Origin: the human T2T-CHM13v2.0 reference genome, Homo sapiens
Assembly (NCBI RefSeq): GCF_009914755.1
Contig: NC_060931.1
Strand: one strand, 5' to 3'
DNA length: 64,000 nucleotides
Shown: piece after piece, positions 39,850-55,400 of the stretch
Layout of the letters: every line of letters begins with the position of its first letter
Position numbering within the stretch: the stretch's first letter is position 1
The notes under the pieces: model-generated
Databases searched by the model: none
What the model was told of the DNA's origin: nothing
Seen by the model: the letters and a program-made list of their open reading frames with translations, nothing else
Program-made: the position numbers and the translations under genes

Positions 39850-41230
39850 AGGGAGGAAAGCAAGGCACAGACACAAGTGTGTAAATAGATGTGTTGTGAG
39901 AGCTTATGGAAATCCTCTTGATTTCTTCTGTCTTCTTGGTCAAAAGGAAGCAAGGTCATCAGCTGAACATAAATATTGGGGCAGGAGGGTTGGTGTTTGA
40001 GGAGAGGGTAACTTAGGAAATAGTTGTTTGTGGGGAAATGATGAAAGGTAGCTATGAAGGGCCTACCTGAGATTCGTGGGTGGCTATCAACTGAATATGA
40101 GACCAGCCAGCATGCCTGACTTTTCTCCAGCTACTTCTCATCTGCAGCATAGAAAAGCACTGGATTTTATCAATTAAATGGAAGCAAGAAAGCAACAAAA
40201 AATTTGAGGTGAATGCAATGAGGGATTTTAATTCGGACCATATTTTCTAAATTGTTTAGAGGAGGACGTAAAAATTGAGGAAAATAAAGGGCAGCAAAAG
40301 GAGGGCAAGATTCATGGATTATAGGAACTGATGGTGTTGAAGAATTGTAGAAGTTGAGGTACTAGATAGAAGAAACTAGAAAGATAGGAAGTGGTGGATA
40401 GGGAGTAGGGTACTTAAAAAGGAGATTTGAAAAGGGAGTTGTAGTTTTTGGTAATCATGGAGTATGGGATATGACCATGAAGTTATGGCTTTGGTGGAAT
40501 GGGAAATAAATTAATTTTAGATAATTAGGGAATTAGAAGTCTGGGTTTTGGAATAATCATCTATTGGAATTTTAAACTACTAATATTTGTTACAATATGT
40601 TGTAGAAAGTGACAGTCATTAGCTAAACTCTTCAAGGATAAGTATGAGTGACACTTCCAAGGTGATATGTGGTAATAACAAGGATGGGTGGTGGTGGTAT
40701 AGTTGAACAGCAGGAGATTCAACACTTGCTGATTTTTAGCCAGAGTAGAAAGACGATGGTTTATAACCAGCAAGGAGTACATAATCCCCATGGTAGGGAG
40801 GATGTGAAAGAGAAAACAACTGTTAATTTGTAGGACTTCCAGGAAAGTCAGGTTTTAGTACAGAAGGAAGTTGAAATGGAAATACCAAAGAAAGGTGAAG
40901 AATATTTGTATTTTGCCAATGGCTGACCATGAATTTCAAAGGAAAAAGTGCATGAGCTTTAGCAGTTGGCAAGAAATGGGAAATGGGGCATAAAGAGCTT
41001 CTACAGAATTAGAGTTGGGGGTTCAGAGGTAACCTGAGAGTTGTGGGTTTCTTATGGTGACAGGAAAAAAAAAACAGGTAAAATTAGGACAATGGATCTT
41101 AGTGCTGTTGGTCTCAAGCCTATTGGGGCTGGGTTCTGGGTTGGTGAAAAGGGAGGAGTAGGCATATTTTTAGTAGCATACAGAGTTTGGGATCACATTT
41201 TACCTGCCAGAGATGTGTGGAGGGTGGAGG
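39850..41230 (-). mobile_element. Decayed L2 internal region
   Basis: GAAGCAAGGTCATCAGCTGA motif and G/A-rich L2-like sequence. Confidence 0.5.
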
Positions 41231-41344
41231 ATGAGGTGGCAGTGGTCTTACATAGATTAATACACATGGGTATATTAAATGATAATCTAATAAATTGTCA
41301 TGAAAATATATTTAAAACAGTTAATCATCATCATCATCTTACCT

Positions 41345-41752
<408 letters not shown>

Positions 41753-42218
41753 TTATTATTACTTATTTTAATTGATAAGTAAAAATGTATAAGTTTATGA
41801 TACACGACAAGATGTTCTGACATATGTATACATTGTATTATGGCTAGATCAGGCTATTTAAGATATGCATTATTTCACATACTTAATATTTTTTGTGGTG
41901 AGAAGTCTTAATATATACTCTCTTACCAGCTTTCAAATATATGAAATATTGTTAACTATACTCATTATGATGCACAATAAATCACTTGAGCTTATTCTTG
42001 TCTAATTGAAATTTTGTGTTCTTTGACCAACAACTCTTTAATTATTCCACCTCCAGTCTACAGTAACCATCATTTAAGTCTCTGTTTCTATGAGTTAAAC
42101 TGTTTTAGATTCCACACATAAGTGAAATCATGTGGCATTTGTCTATCTTTGCCTGGCTTATTTCATTTACATAACGTCCTCCAGGTTCATCTATGTTTTC
42201 TCAAATGACAGCATTTTC

Positions 42219-42527
42219 TTTTTTTTTTTTTTTTTTTTTTGTTGTTGTTGTTGAGATGGAGTCTCGCTCTGTTGCCCAAGCTGGAGTGCAGTGGCACAAT
42301 CTTGGCAACCTCGGCCTCCCGGGTTCAAGCGTTTCTCCCGCCTCAGCCTCCCAAGTAACTGAGACTACAGGTGCATGCCACGAAGCCCGGCTAATTTTTT
42401 GTATTTTTAGTAGAGGTGGGTTTTCACCGTGTTACCCAGGATGGACTCAATCTCCTGACCTCGTGATTTGCCCGCCTCGGCCTCCCAAAGTGCTGAGATT
42501 GCAGGCGAGAGCCATCGCGCCCGGGCT
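42219..42527 (-). mobile_element. AluSc8/AluY-like element in the L1PB tail
   Basis: Minus strand CACGAGGTCAGGAGATTGAG...TAACACGGTGAAA; poly-T plus (GTT)n tail; CpGs retained. Confidence 0.88.
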
Positions 42528-45500
42528 GTTTTCAGTTTTTAATTTTTTTTTATATATTTTTTTTATTTTCATAGATTATTAGGGAACAGGTTGTGTTTAT
42601 TTTCATGAGTAAATTCTTGAGTGGTGATTTGTGAGATTTTGGTGCACCCATCACCTGAGCAGTATACAATGCACCCAATTTGATTTTTTGGTTATGGCCA
42701 TTCTTGCAGGAGTAAGGTGATCTCATTGTGGTTTTGATTTGCATTTCCCTGATCATTAGTGATGTTGAGCATTTTTTCATATGTCTGTTGGCCATTTGTA
42801 TATCTTCTTTTGATAATTTTCTATTCATGTCCTTAGCCCAATTTTTGATGGGATTGTTTTTTTGTTTTTTTTTTTTTTTTGCTGATTTGAGTTTGTTGTG
42901 GATTCTAGATATTAGTCCTTTGTCAGATCTATAGATTGTGAAGATTTTCTTCCACTCTGTGGGTTGTCTGTTTACTCTGCTGATTGTTCCTTTTGCCATG
43001 CAAAAGCTCTTTAGTTTAATTAGGTCCCAGGTATTTATCTTTGTTTTTATTGCATTTGTTTTTGGGTTCTTGCTCATGAAATACTCGCTTAAGCCAGTGT
43101 CTGGAAAGGTTTTTCTGATGTCATCTAGAAGTTTTACAGTTTCAGGTCTTAGGTTTAAGTCCTTAATCCATCTTGAGTGGATTTTTGTAGAAAGGTGAGT
43201 GATGAGGATCCAGTTTCATTCTCCTACATGTAGCTAGCCAATTATTCCAGCACCATTTGTTGAAAAGGGTGTCCTTTCCCCACTTTATGTTTTTGTTTGC
43301 TTTGTCAAAGATCAGTTGGCTCTAAGTATTTGGATTTATTTCTGGGTTCTTGATTCTGTCCCATTGGTCTATATGCCTATTTTTATACCAGTACCACACT
43401 GTTTTTGTGACCATGGCCTTATAGTATAGTTTGAAATCAGGTAGTGTTATACCTTCAGATTTGTTCTTTTTGCTAAGTCTTGCTTCAGCTATGCAGGCTC
43501 TTTTTTGGTTTCATATGAATTTTAGATCATGTGGTTTTTGTCATTGGTTCTGTTTATGTGATGAATTATGTTTATTGATTTGCATATGTTGAACCAGCCT
43601 TGCATCACAGGTATGAAACTGACTTGTTTGTGGTGAATACACTTTTTGATGTGCTGCTGGATTCAGTTTGCCAGTATCTTATTGAGGATTTTCACATCAA
43701 TATTCACCAGGCATATTGGCCTGAAGTTTTCTTCTTTTGTTGTGTCTCTGCCAAGTTTTGGTATCAGGATGATGCTGGCCTCATAAAATGAGTTAGGGAG
43801 GGGTCCCTCTTTTTCAATTGTTTGCAATAGTTTTGGAAGGAATGGTACCAGCTCCTCTTTGTATCTCTGGTAGAATTCAGCTGTGAATCTGTTGGGTCCT
43901 GGGCTTTTGTTGGTTGGTAGGCTATCAATTACTGCCTCAACTTCAGAACTTGTTGGCCTATTCAGGGATTTGACTTCTTCCTGGTTTAGTCTTGGGAGGG
44001 TGTATGTGTCCAGGGATTTATGCATTTCTTCTACATTTTCTAGTTTATTTGCATCGAGATGTTTATAATATTCTCTGGTAGTAGTTTGTATTTCTCTGGG
44101 GTCAGTGGTGATAGCCTCTTTATCATTTATTATTGAGTCTATTTGACTTTTATCTCTTTTCTTCTTTATTAGTCTAGCTAGTTATCTATTTTGCTAATTT
44201 TTTCAAAAAAAAAATCTCCTGGATTCATTGACTTTTTTGAGGGGTTTTTCATGTCTCTACCTCCTTCGGTTCTGTTCTGATCTTAGTTATTTCTTGTCTT
44301 CTGAGGCTAGCCTTTGGTTTTGTTTGCTCTTGCTTCTCTAGCTCTTTTAATTGTGATGTTAGGGTGTCAATTTGAGATCTTTCTAGCTTTCTGATGTGGG
44401 CATTTAGTGCTATAAATTTCCCTCTTAACACTGTTTTAGCTGTGTCCAGACATTCTGGTATGTTGTCTCTTTGTTCTCATTGGTTTCGAAGAATTTCTTG
44501 ATTTCTGAGTTAATTTCATTATTTACGCAGGAGCCACTCAGGAGCAGTTTGTTCAATTTTCATGTGGTTGTGTGGTTTTGAGTGAGTTTCTTAATCTTGA
44601 GCTCTAATTTGATTGCACTGTGGTCTGAGGAACTGTTTGTTATAATTTCAGATGTTTTTTGTATTTGCTGGGAAGTGTTTTACTTCCAATTATATGGTTG
44701 ATTTTAGAATAAGTGTCATGTGGCACTGAGAAGAATGTATATTCTGTAGATTTGGGGTGGAGAGTTCTGTAGATGTCTATTAGGACCACTTGATCCCAAG
44801 CTGAGTTTAAGTCCTGAATATCCTTGTTAATTTTCCATCTTGTTGATCTGTCTAATATTGAAAGTAGGGTGTTAAAGTCTCCCACTATTATTGTGTGGGA
44901 GTCTAAGTCTTTTTGTAGGTCTGTAAGAACTTGTTTTATGAATATGGATGCTCCCGTATTGGGTGTATATATATATTTAGGAGAGTAAGCTCTTCTTGTT
45001 GACCTGATCTGTTTATCATTATGTAATGCTCTTCTTTGTCTTTTTTGATCTTTGTTGCTTTAAAGTCTGTTTTGTCAGAGACTAGAGTTGCAACCCCTGC
45101 TAGTGTGTTGCCTCCAGATTTGATCTTTTGCTTAGTCTTGCTTTGGTTATGTGGGCTGTTTTTTGGTTCCATATAAATTTTAGGATTGTTTTTGCTAATT
45201 CTGTGAAAAATGATGATGGCGTTTGGATGGGAATTGCACTGAATTTATAGATTGCTTTTGGCAGTATGGTCATTTTCACAATATTAATTCTACTCATCCA
45301 TGAGCATGGGATGTGTTTCCCTTTGTTTGTGTCATCTGTGATTTCTTTCAGCAGTGTTTTATATTTTTCCTTGTAGAGGTCTTTCACGTCCTTGTATTTC
45401 TAAGTACTTTATTTCCAAGTACTTTATTTTGCTTGCAGCTATTGTAAAAGAGGTTGAGTTCCTGATTTGTTTCTCAGCTTGGTCACTGTTGGTGTATAGC

Positions 45501-48500
45501 AGAGCTACTGATTTGTATAATGATTTGTGATTTCATATCCGGAGGCTTTGCTGAATTCTTTTATCAGTTTTAGGAGCTTTCTGGAGGAGTCTTTAGGGTT
45601 TTCTAGGTAAACAATCATATCATCAGTAAGCAGTGACAGTTTGATTTCGTCTTTACTAATTTGTATGCCCTTTATTTCTTTCTTTTGTCTGATTGTTCTG
45701 GCTTGGACTTCCAGTACTAGGTTGAAGAGGAGTGGTGAGAGTGGGCATGCTTGTCTTGTTCTAGTTCTCAGAGGGAATGCTTTCACCTTTTCTCCATTCA
45801 ATATTATGTTGGCTGTGAGTTTTTCATAGATAGCTTTTATTACATTGAAGTATGTCCCTCATATGCCGATTTTGTTCAGAGTTTTAAGTATAAAGTGATG
45901 CTGGATTTTGTTGAATGCTTTTTCTGCATCTATAGAGATGATGTGATTTTTGTTTTTAATTCTGTTTATGTGATGTATCACATTTATTGACTTGCATATG
46001 TTAAACTATCCCTGCATCCCTGGTATGAAACCCACTTCATCATGATAGATTATCTTTTTGATACATTGTTGGATTTGGTTAGCTAGTATTTGGTTAAGAA
46101 TTTTAGCATCTATGTTCATCAGGGATTTTGGTCTGTAGTTTTCTTTTTTGGTTATGTCCTTTCCTGGTTTTGGTATTAGGGCGGTACTGGCTTCATAGAA
46201 TGATTTAGAAAGGGTTCCCTCTTACTCTTCTTGTGGAATAGTGTCAATAGGATTGGTACCAATTCTTCTTTGAATGTCTAGTAGAATTCTGCTGTGAATC
46301 CATCTGATCCTGGACTTTTTTTGTTGGTAACTATTTTATTACCATTTCACTCTTGCTGCTTATTATCGGTCTGTTCAGGGCATCTTATTCTTCCTGATTT
46401 AAGCTAGGAGGGTTGTATATTTTCAGTAATTTGTCCATCTCCTCTAGGTTATCTAGTTTGTGTGTGTAAAGGTGTTCATAGTAGACTTGAATGATCTTTT
46501 GTATTTCTGTGATGTCAGTTGTAATATTTCCTGTTTTGTTTCTAATTGAACTTATTTGGATTTTCTCTCTTCTTTTCTTGGTTAATCTTGCTAATGGTCC
46601 ATCAGTTTTATTTATCTTTTCAACAAAGCAGCTTTTCGTTTCATTTATCTTTTGTGTTTTTTGTTTGTTTGTTTCAATTTCATTTAGTTCTGCTCTGATC
46701 TCGGTTATTTCCTTCCTTCTGTTGGGTTTGGGTTTGGTTTATTCTTGTTTCTCTAGTTCCTGCAGGTCTGACCTTAGATTTTCTGTTTGTGCTCTTTCAG
46801 ACTTTTTGATGTAGGTGTTTAGGGCTATGAACTTTCTTCTTAGCACCACCTTTGCTGTACTCCAGAAGTTTTGATAGGTTCTGCCACTATTGTCATTCGG
46901 TTGGAATAATTTTTTAAATTTCCATCTTGATTTCATTTTTGACCCAATGATCATTCAGAAGCAGGTTATTTAATTTCCATGTATTTGCATTGTTTTGAAG
47001 ATTCCTTTTGGAGTTGATTTCCAGTTTTATTCCACTGTGGTCTGAGAGAGTGCTTGATAGAACTTCAATTTAATTTATTGAGGCTTGTTTTGTGGCTTAT
47101 CATATGGTCTATCTTGGGGAAAGTTTCATGTACTGTTGAATAGAATGTATATTATATGGTTGTTGGGTAGAATGTTCTGTATATACCTGTTAAGTCCATT
47201 TGTTCCAGGATGTAGGTTAGATTCGTTTTTTCTTTGTTGACTTTCTGTCTTGATGACCTGTCTAGTGCTGTCAGTGGAGTATTGATGCCCCTCACTATAT
47301 TGTATTCCTGTCTATCTCATTTCTTTGGTCTATTAGTAATTGCTATTTGTATTAGTATTTGTAAATTTGGGAGCGCCAGTGTTAGATGCATATATTTTTA
47401 GAATGTGATATTTTCCTGTTGGACAAGGCCTTTTATCATTATATAATGTCCCTCTTTGTCTTTTTTAACTGCTATTACTTTAAAGTTTGTTTTGTCTAAT
47501 AAAAGAATAGCTACTACTGTTTGCTTTTGATGTCCATTTGCATAGAATGTCTTTATCCACGCCTTTACCTTAAGTTTATGTGACTACTTATGTGTTAGGT
47601 GAGTCTCTTGAAGACAGCAGATGGTTGGTGAGGTCTTCTCCATTCTGCAATTCTGTATCTTTTAAGTGGAGCATTTAGACCATTTACATTTAACCATAGT
47701 ATTGAGATGTGAGGTACCATTCCATTCATCATGCTATTTGTTGCCTGTATACCTTGTTTTTTTTTTTTAATTGTATTTTTGTTTCATAGGTCCTGTGAGA
47801 TTTATGCTTTAAAGAGGTTCTGTTTTGATATGTTTCCAGGATTTATTTCAAGATTTAGAGCTCGTTTTAACAGTTCTTGTAGTGGTGGCTTGGAAGTGGC
47901 AAATTATCTCAGCATTTGTCTGAAAAAGACTATATCTTTCCTTCACTTACGAATCTTAGTTTCACTAGATACAACATTCTAGGCTGATAATTGTTTTGAA
48001 GAGGCTGAAGATAGGGCCCCAATTCCTTCTAGCTTGTAGGGTTTCTGCTAAAAAATCTGCGTTAATCCTACAGGTTTTCCTTTACAGGTTACCTGGTGCT
48101 TTTTTCTCACAGTTCTTAAGATTCTTTCCTCATCTTAACTTTAGATAACCTGATGACAATTTGCCTAGGTGATGATCTTCTTGCAATGAATTTCCCAGGT
48201 GTTCGTTGAGCTTCTTGTATTTGGATGTCTTGATCTCTAGCAAGGCTGGGGAAGTTTTCCTTGATTATTCCCCAAAATATGTTTTCCAACCTATTACATT
48301 TCTCTTCTTCCTCAGGAATGCCAATTATACTTAGGTTTGGTCATTTAACATAATCCCAGACTTCTTGGAGGCTTTGTTTATATTTTCTTACTCTTTTTTC
48401 TTTGTCTTTGTTGGATTGGGCTAATTCAAAAACCTTGTCTTTGAGCTCTGAAGTTCTTTCTTCTGCTTGTTTGATTCCATTGCTGAGACCTTCCAGAGCA

Positions 48501-50281
48501 TTTTGCAATTCTATAAATGTGTCCATTTCTTCCTGAAGTTTTGATTGTTTTTTATTCATGCTATCTATTTCATTGAATATTTCTCCCTTCACTTCTTGTA
48601 TTATTTTTTTGATTTCCTTAGGTAGGGCTTCACCTTTCACTGGTGCCTCCCTGATTAGCTTAATAACTAACCTTCTGAATTATTTTTCAGGTAAATCAGG
48701 GATTTCTTCTTGGTTTGGATCCATTGCTGGTGAGCTAGTGATTTTTTTGCAGATGTTAAAGAACCTTGTTTTGTCATATCACCAGAGTTGGTTTTCTGGT
48801 CTTATTTGGGTAGGCTCTGTCAGAGGGAAGGTCTAGGGCTCAAGGCTGTTGTTCAGATTCTTTTGTCCCATGGGGTGTTCCCTTGATGTAGTACCCTCCC
48901 TCTTTTTCTAGGGTTGTAGCTTCCTGAGAGCTGAGCAGTAGTGATTGTTATCTCCCTTCTGGATCTAGCCACCCAGCAAGTCTACCAGGCTCCAGGCTGG
49001 TACTGGCGGTTGTCTGCACAGAGTCCTGTGATATAAACCATGTGTGGGTCTCTCAGCTGTGGATAACAGCACCTGCTCTGGTAGAGGTGGTGGTGGGGCA
49101 GGGCGGGGGAGGGTGGGGGCGGTAAAATGGACTCTGAGAATCTTTGGCTTTGATCTCTTAATGTACTGTTTTTGTGGTGGTTGCTCTCCTGCCTGGAGGT
49201 GGTGCTTTCAAGAGAGCATCAGCTAGCATCAGCTGTGGTAGTATAAGGAGGAAGAGGTGGTGGATGAGGTCCTAGAACTCCCAGGAGTATATATCCTTTG
49301 TCTTCAGTTATCAGGGTGGGTAGGGGAGGACCATTAGGTGGGGGCAGGGCTGGGCGTGTCTGAGCTGACTCTCCTTGGGCGGGTCTTGCTGCAGCTACTG
49401 TGGGGGATGCTGGTGAGGTTCTCTAGGTCAATGGAGCTATGTTCCTAGGAGGATTATGGCTGCCTCTACTGTGTCATGTGGGTTGCCAGGGAAGTGAAGG
49501 AAAGCCAGCAGTCACAGGCCTCACCCAGCTCCCACACAACACAGGCCTCACCTAGCTCCCACACACCAAGCTCCTACCCAACTCCCACTCCCACCATCCC
49601 ACCCACCCCCGCAACAACAACAGCACCAAGTCTGTTTCCAGGCAGTGGGTGAGCAGGGCTGAGAACTTGCCCCAGGTACCTGCCTCCCAGCTGTGAAAGC
49701 AAGTAGGGAGTTTGTTCTTACCCTGCCTGTGGAATCTGCACACCAGATTCATGCCCTCCCCTGAGTTCTGGCCAGGAGAATTCTCAACTGGTTCAGATTG
49801 TTACAAAGTTCAGCTAGAGGTTTCCATCTCCCTGTGCCCTTCTCCCAGTGCCTCTGGGCACCATCCTCAAAAACCTCTGTGAGGCAGGGAAGAAATGGCT
49901 TTCTAGGGGACTCAGTGAGCCCACAGGGCTTTTCCCGCTGATTCCTCTACCCCTGTAATTCTCTCAGCTTTCTAAATTGACTCAGCTCCAAATAAGGTCA
50001 GAATCTTCTCTTGTAATCTAGACCTTCAGGTTCCCCAGTGGGGGTGTAAGTTTCAGGGTTGACAATCTTCCTTTCCCACTTCCACAGTTTGGGCACTCAA
50101 AGTATTTGGGGTGTCTCCCAAGTCCTGCAGGAGCAATCCGCTTCTTTCAGAAGGTCTGTGCATTCTCTCTATTCCTGCAGTTGTTCTGGAGCAAAAGTTC
50201 ATGATGTGGGCCTCCACACACTGCTCTGTCCATCTGAGTGGGAGCTGCAATCTAGTCCTGCCTCCTCTCTGCAATGACCCC
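42528..50281 (-). mobile_element. Full-length L1PB (L1PB1-like), with an L1PA-type insert and a 3' deletion
   Basis: Long 5'UTR (~48850-50281); ORF1 (QSLQEVWDYVK); ORF2 ([30 protein letters not shown]); degenerate TSD CAAATGACAGCATTTT (42202) / CAAATGACAACAATTT (50282). Confidence 0.9.
43526..45100 (-). mobile_element. L1PA8-type ORF2 segment inserted into the L1PB
   Basis: Homologous to 18623-20167; second endonuclease copy downstream of the host RT; flanked by an ~83-bp direct repeat of host sequence. Confidence 0.88.
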
Positions 50282-50329
50282 CAAATGACAACAATTTTTT
50301 TAAAGACTGAACAATAGTCCATTGGATGG

Positions 50330-50335
50330 AGAGAG

Positions 50336-50370
<35 letters not shown>

Positions 50371-50442
50371 TATGTATATACACACACACACATATATATA
50401 CATACATATATATACACACACACACATATATATATATATATA
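50330..50442. repeat. Compound (GA)(TA)(CA) microsatellite
   Basis: Direct read. Confidence 0.95.
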
Positions 50443-51246
50443 TGCACCACATTTTCTTTATTCATCCATTTATGGATGCATAGGTTAATTCTTTATTTTA
50501 GCTATTGTGAATAGTGTTGCAATAAATATTGGAATGCAGGTATTTCTTACATTCTAATTTCATATCTTTTGGATGTGTACCCAATTGTGGGACTGCTGGA
50601 TCATATGGTAATTCTATTTTTAATTTTTTAGAAAACTCCATACTGTTTTTCATAATGGCTGTCCTAGTTTACATTCCCACCAACAATGTACAAGGGATTT
50701 ATTTTCTCCACATTCTCACCACCACTTACGTTTTGTCTTTTTGATGATAGCCAGTTTAACGGGTGTGAAGTGATATCTCATTGAAGTTTTAATTTGCATT
50801 TCTTTGATGATTAGTGATGTTGAGCAGTTTTTTATATATCTGTTGGCCATTTAGCTATCTTTTTTAGATAAATGCCTATTTGGTTTCTTTTCCATTTTTA
50901 CCATTGAGTTTGAGTTTTTAAATATATTTTAGATACTAACATCTTACCTGATGTATGGCTTGCAAATACAATTTCTTATTCCGTAGGCTCTGTTTATTCC
51001 GTAGCCTATTCCGTAGGCTCTCTCTTTATTCAGGTGATTCCTGAAATAGAAACTAGAAAGAAGCTTTCTAGTTTGAAGTAATCCTATTTGTCTATTTTTG
51101 CTTTTGTTGCTGTGGTTTTGGAATCATATCCAAAATTTTTTTGCCCAGACTAATGATGTGAATGTTTTCCCTTATGTTTTCTCCTGGTAGTTTATCATTT
51201 TGATTTTTTTTGTTTGTTCGTTTTTTTGGTACATGTCGTGAAATGA

Positions 51247-51688
<442 letters not shown>

Positions 51689-52250
51689 TAAGTTCTCCAT
51701 TCTATTTCATTGGTCTGTGTGTCTGTTTTCACACCAGTACCAGGCTGTTTGGATATATAGCTTTGTAGTGTATTTTGAATACAAGTTATTGTGACGTCTC
51801 TGGCTTTGTTCTTTTTGTTCAAGATTGCTTTGGCTATTCAGGGTTTTTGGTGGTTCCATACAAATTTTAGAATATTTTAAAATTTATATAAAAAAGTTAT
51901 TTGAATTTTTATACAGATTGCATTAAATTACATAGGGTAGTATGCACATTGAAACAATATTAATCCTTTGAATCCACGAACATGAGATACCTTTCCATTT
52001 ATTTGTGTCTTCTTTATTTCATCAGTCTTTTATAGTTCTCAGTGTATAGGTCTTTCACATTCTGTTTAAATTTATTCCTAAGTGTTTTAATTATTTCTGT
52101 AGCTACTATAGATGGGATTGCTTTCTTGATTTCTTTCTTTGATAGTTCATTGTCAATGTACAAAAATGCTAGGTTTTTGTATGTTGACTTTGTATCCTGA
52201 AACTTTACTGAATTTATTAGTTTTAACAGGTTTTTGGTGGAGTCTCCAGG

Positions 52251-52420
52251 TTTTTTGTTTTTTGTTTTTTGGTGTTCTTTTGAGGGTCTTGTTCTGTTGC
52301 CAGGGTTGGACTGAAGTGGCACTGTTATAGATTACTGTAACCTTGAACTCCTGGGCTCCACTGATCTTTCATACTTGGCCTCCCAAAGCACTGGGATTAC
52401 AGGCATGAGCTCTTGTGCCC
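52251..52420 (-). mobile_element. FAM/FRAM-type Alu monomer
   Basis: Single long arm: CCTTGAACTCCTGGGCTC...CTCCCAAAGCACTGGGATTACAGGCATGAGC. Confidence 0.75.
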
Positions 52421-55400
52421 CCAGTGTTTCTTTTTTTAAATACATATATAAAAGATCAAGTTATCTGAAAACAGAGGAAATTTAAGTTCTTTCATTATGC
52501 TTTGAGTGGCTTTTATATTTTTTCTCTTGTCTAGTTGCCCTTCGTGAGGACTTCTAGCACTATGCTGAATAGACTGAGAATGCTTTTTTTAATTCCTGAT
52601 TGTACGTTAGAAGTGTTCAGCTTTTCAGTATTGAGTATAATGTTAAATGTGGCCTTGTTGTGTACAACTTTTATTGTTATATAAAGGTACATTCCTTCTA
52701 CTTTTAATTTGTTGAGAGTATGTATTATGAAAAAATGTTGAATTTTTTTGAATGCCTTTTCTGCATCGACTGGGATGATCATATAGGTTTTTTGTTGTTC
52801 TTTATTCTGCTAGTGTAGTGTGTCACATTTACTGTATTGAACCATTCTTGCATCTCAGTGATAAATCCCATTTAATGATGTTATACGATCATTTAAATGT
52901 GTTGTCGAATTCAGTCTGCTAGTATTTTCTTGAGAATTATTGCATCTATACTCACCCTGGCCATAGCCTGTAATTTTCTTTTCTTACAGTGCCCTTGTCT
53001 GGGTTTAGTCAAGAATAATACTGGCCTCATCAAATGAGTTTGGAACTATTTCCTACCCTTCAATTTTTCTGAAAGAGTGTAGGAAGCATTGATATTAGCT
53101 CTTTAAATATTTGATAGAATTCAGCTGTGAAGCCATCAGATCCTAAGCTTTTTTCTCTGATAGGAGACTTTTTTATTACTGTGTCAGCCTCCATATTAGT
53201 TATAGGGGTGCTCAGACTTTCGATACTTTTCTAATTCAATCTTAGTAGGTAGCATATGTCTAGGAATTTATCCATTTTTTTATTTTATGGTGTATAATTG
53301 TTCATAATAATCTCATGATCCTTTATATCTCTGTGGTATCGCTGGTAATGTCTCCTCTTTCATTTTTGATTTTATGTATTTGAGTCTTCTCTTATTTTCT
53401 TACTTCATATAGCTAAAGATATATTGATTTTATCTTTTACAAAACACTCTTTGTTTTATTGATCTTTTCTATTGTTTTTCCCAGTCTCTACTTTTATTTC
53501 TGCTCTCTGCTTAATTATTCCCTTTTTTATACTAACTTTGGGCTTAGTTCATTTTTCTTTATTTTCTTGTGGTGTAAAGTTAGGCTGTTCATTTGGGATA
53601 TTTCTTCTTTATAATGTAGCCATTTATTAATATAAACTTTACTCTGAGAATTGCCTCTGCTGTATCCCATAATTTTTAGTATGTTGTATTTCCATTTCTG
53701 TCTAGGGTATTTTTTAGCTTCTCCTTTAGTTTATTCTTTGTTCCATTGCATGTTCTACGATGCGCTATTTAATCTCCCCATATTTGTAAATTTTCTGACA
53801 TTATTTCTATAACTGATTTCTAGTTTCATACCATTGTGGTCAGAAAAGATACTCAATAAAATTTAAATCTTCTTAAATTTGTTAGTATTTGCTTTTTGAC
53901 TTAACATGTGATCTATCCTGGATAATGTACCATGTGTGCTTGAAAAGAATATGTGTTTTGATGTTGTTGGGTGGAATGTTCTGTATATGTCTGGTAGGTC
54001 CATTTGGTCTAAAGAACAGTTCAAGTCCAATGTTTCCCTATCGATTTTCTTCCTGAATGACTTGTCCATTTTTGAAAGTAGTATTGAAATCTCCTAATGT
54101 CATTACATTTATCTTTTCATATATATTAATATTTGCTTTATATATTTAGGTGCTCCAATATTAGATGCATATATATTTATAACTGTTATGACAATTATAA
54201 ATATAATTGATGAATTCATCTTCTTCATGAATTGATCCCTTTATCATTATATAATGACCTTATTTATTTCATTTTATAGTTATTGATTAAAGTCAGTTTT
54301 ATCTGATATAAGCATAGCTATCTTGTTCTCTTTTGATTTCCATTTCCATGGAATATCTTTTCCCATTTCATCACTTTTAGCCTGTGTGGTCTTAAAGGTG
54401 ATGTGAGCCATATAGACAACATATAGTTGTGTCTTATTTTTTAAATCTATTCAGCCATTTTATGTCTTTTGATTGGAGAACTTAATCCATTTACCTTCAG
54501 GGTAATTACTGATATATAAGGGCTCACTACTGCCATTTTGTTAATTGTTTTCTAGTTGTTTTGCAGTTCCTTTGTTCCTTTCTTTCAGTTTTCCTTTGTG
54601 GATTAGATGACTTTCTCTAGTAGTTTGCTTTGATGCCTTAAATTTTATATTTTGTAGCTCTACTTAGGTTTTTTTGTTATTACTTTTTATTACTTTGTTA
54701 TTACTATTTTGTTATTACTTTGTTATTACTATTAGGTTCACATAAAATAGTTTACCCTTACAGCAATCTATTTTAAGCTAGTAACAAGTTAGCTTTAATC
54801 ACACAAAATATTAGTTTGGTGCAACAATAATTGCAGTTTTTGCCATTAAAATTAACGGCAATTTTGCACCAACCTAATAATTCTACACTTTTACTCCATA
54901 TCACCTCACATTTTACGTTTTTGATGTCACAATTTACATTTTTTAATTGTGTCTTCCTTAACAATTTATTGTACCTATTATTTGAAATAATTTAGTCTTC
55001 TCATGTTTTTATTAAAGATATAAGTTACTTCCCACCGTTACATTACTAGAGTGTTCTGAATTTGGCTGTGTGTTTATTTTTGCCAGTGAGTTTTATACGT
55101 TCATGTTTTCTAGTTATGAATTAGCATCCTTTCCTTTCATCTTGAAGAGCTCCCTTTAGCATTTCTAGAAAGACAGATCTTGTGGTGATGAACTCTCTCA
55201 GCTTAGGTTTGTCTGGGGCAGATTTTCTCTCCTTTGCTTCTGAATTACAGATTTACTAGGTAAACTATTCTTGGTTGGTTGGGAAGTTTTGTCCTTCAGT
55301 ACATTAGCTCTATGTCCTCTAGTCCTGTAAGATTTCTGCTGGGAAGTCCACTGCTACCCGTCCTGGAAGTTATTGATATGTGATATGCTTATTTTGTATT

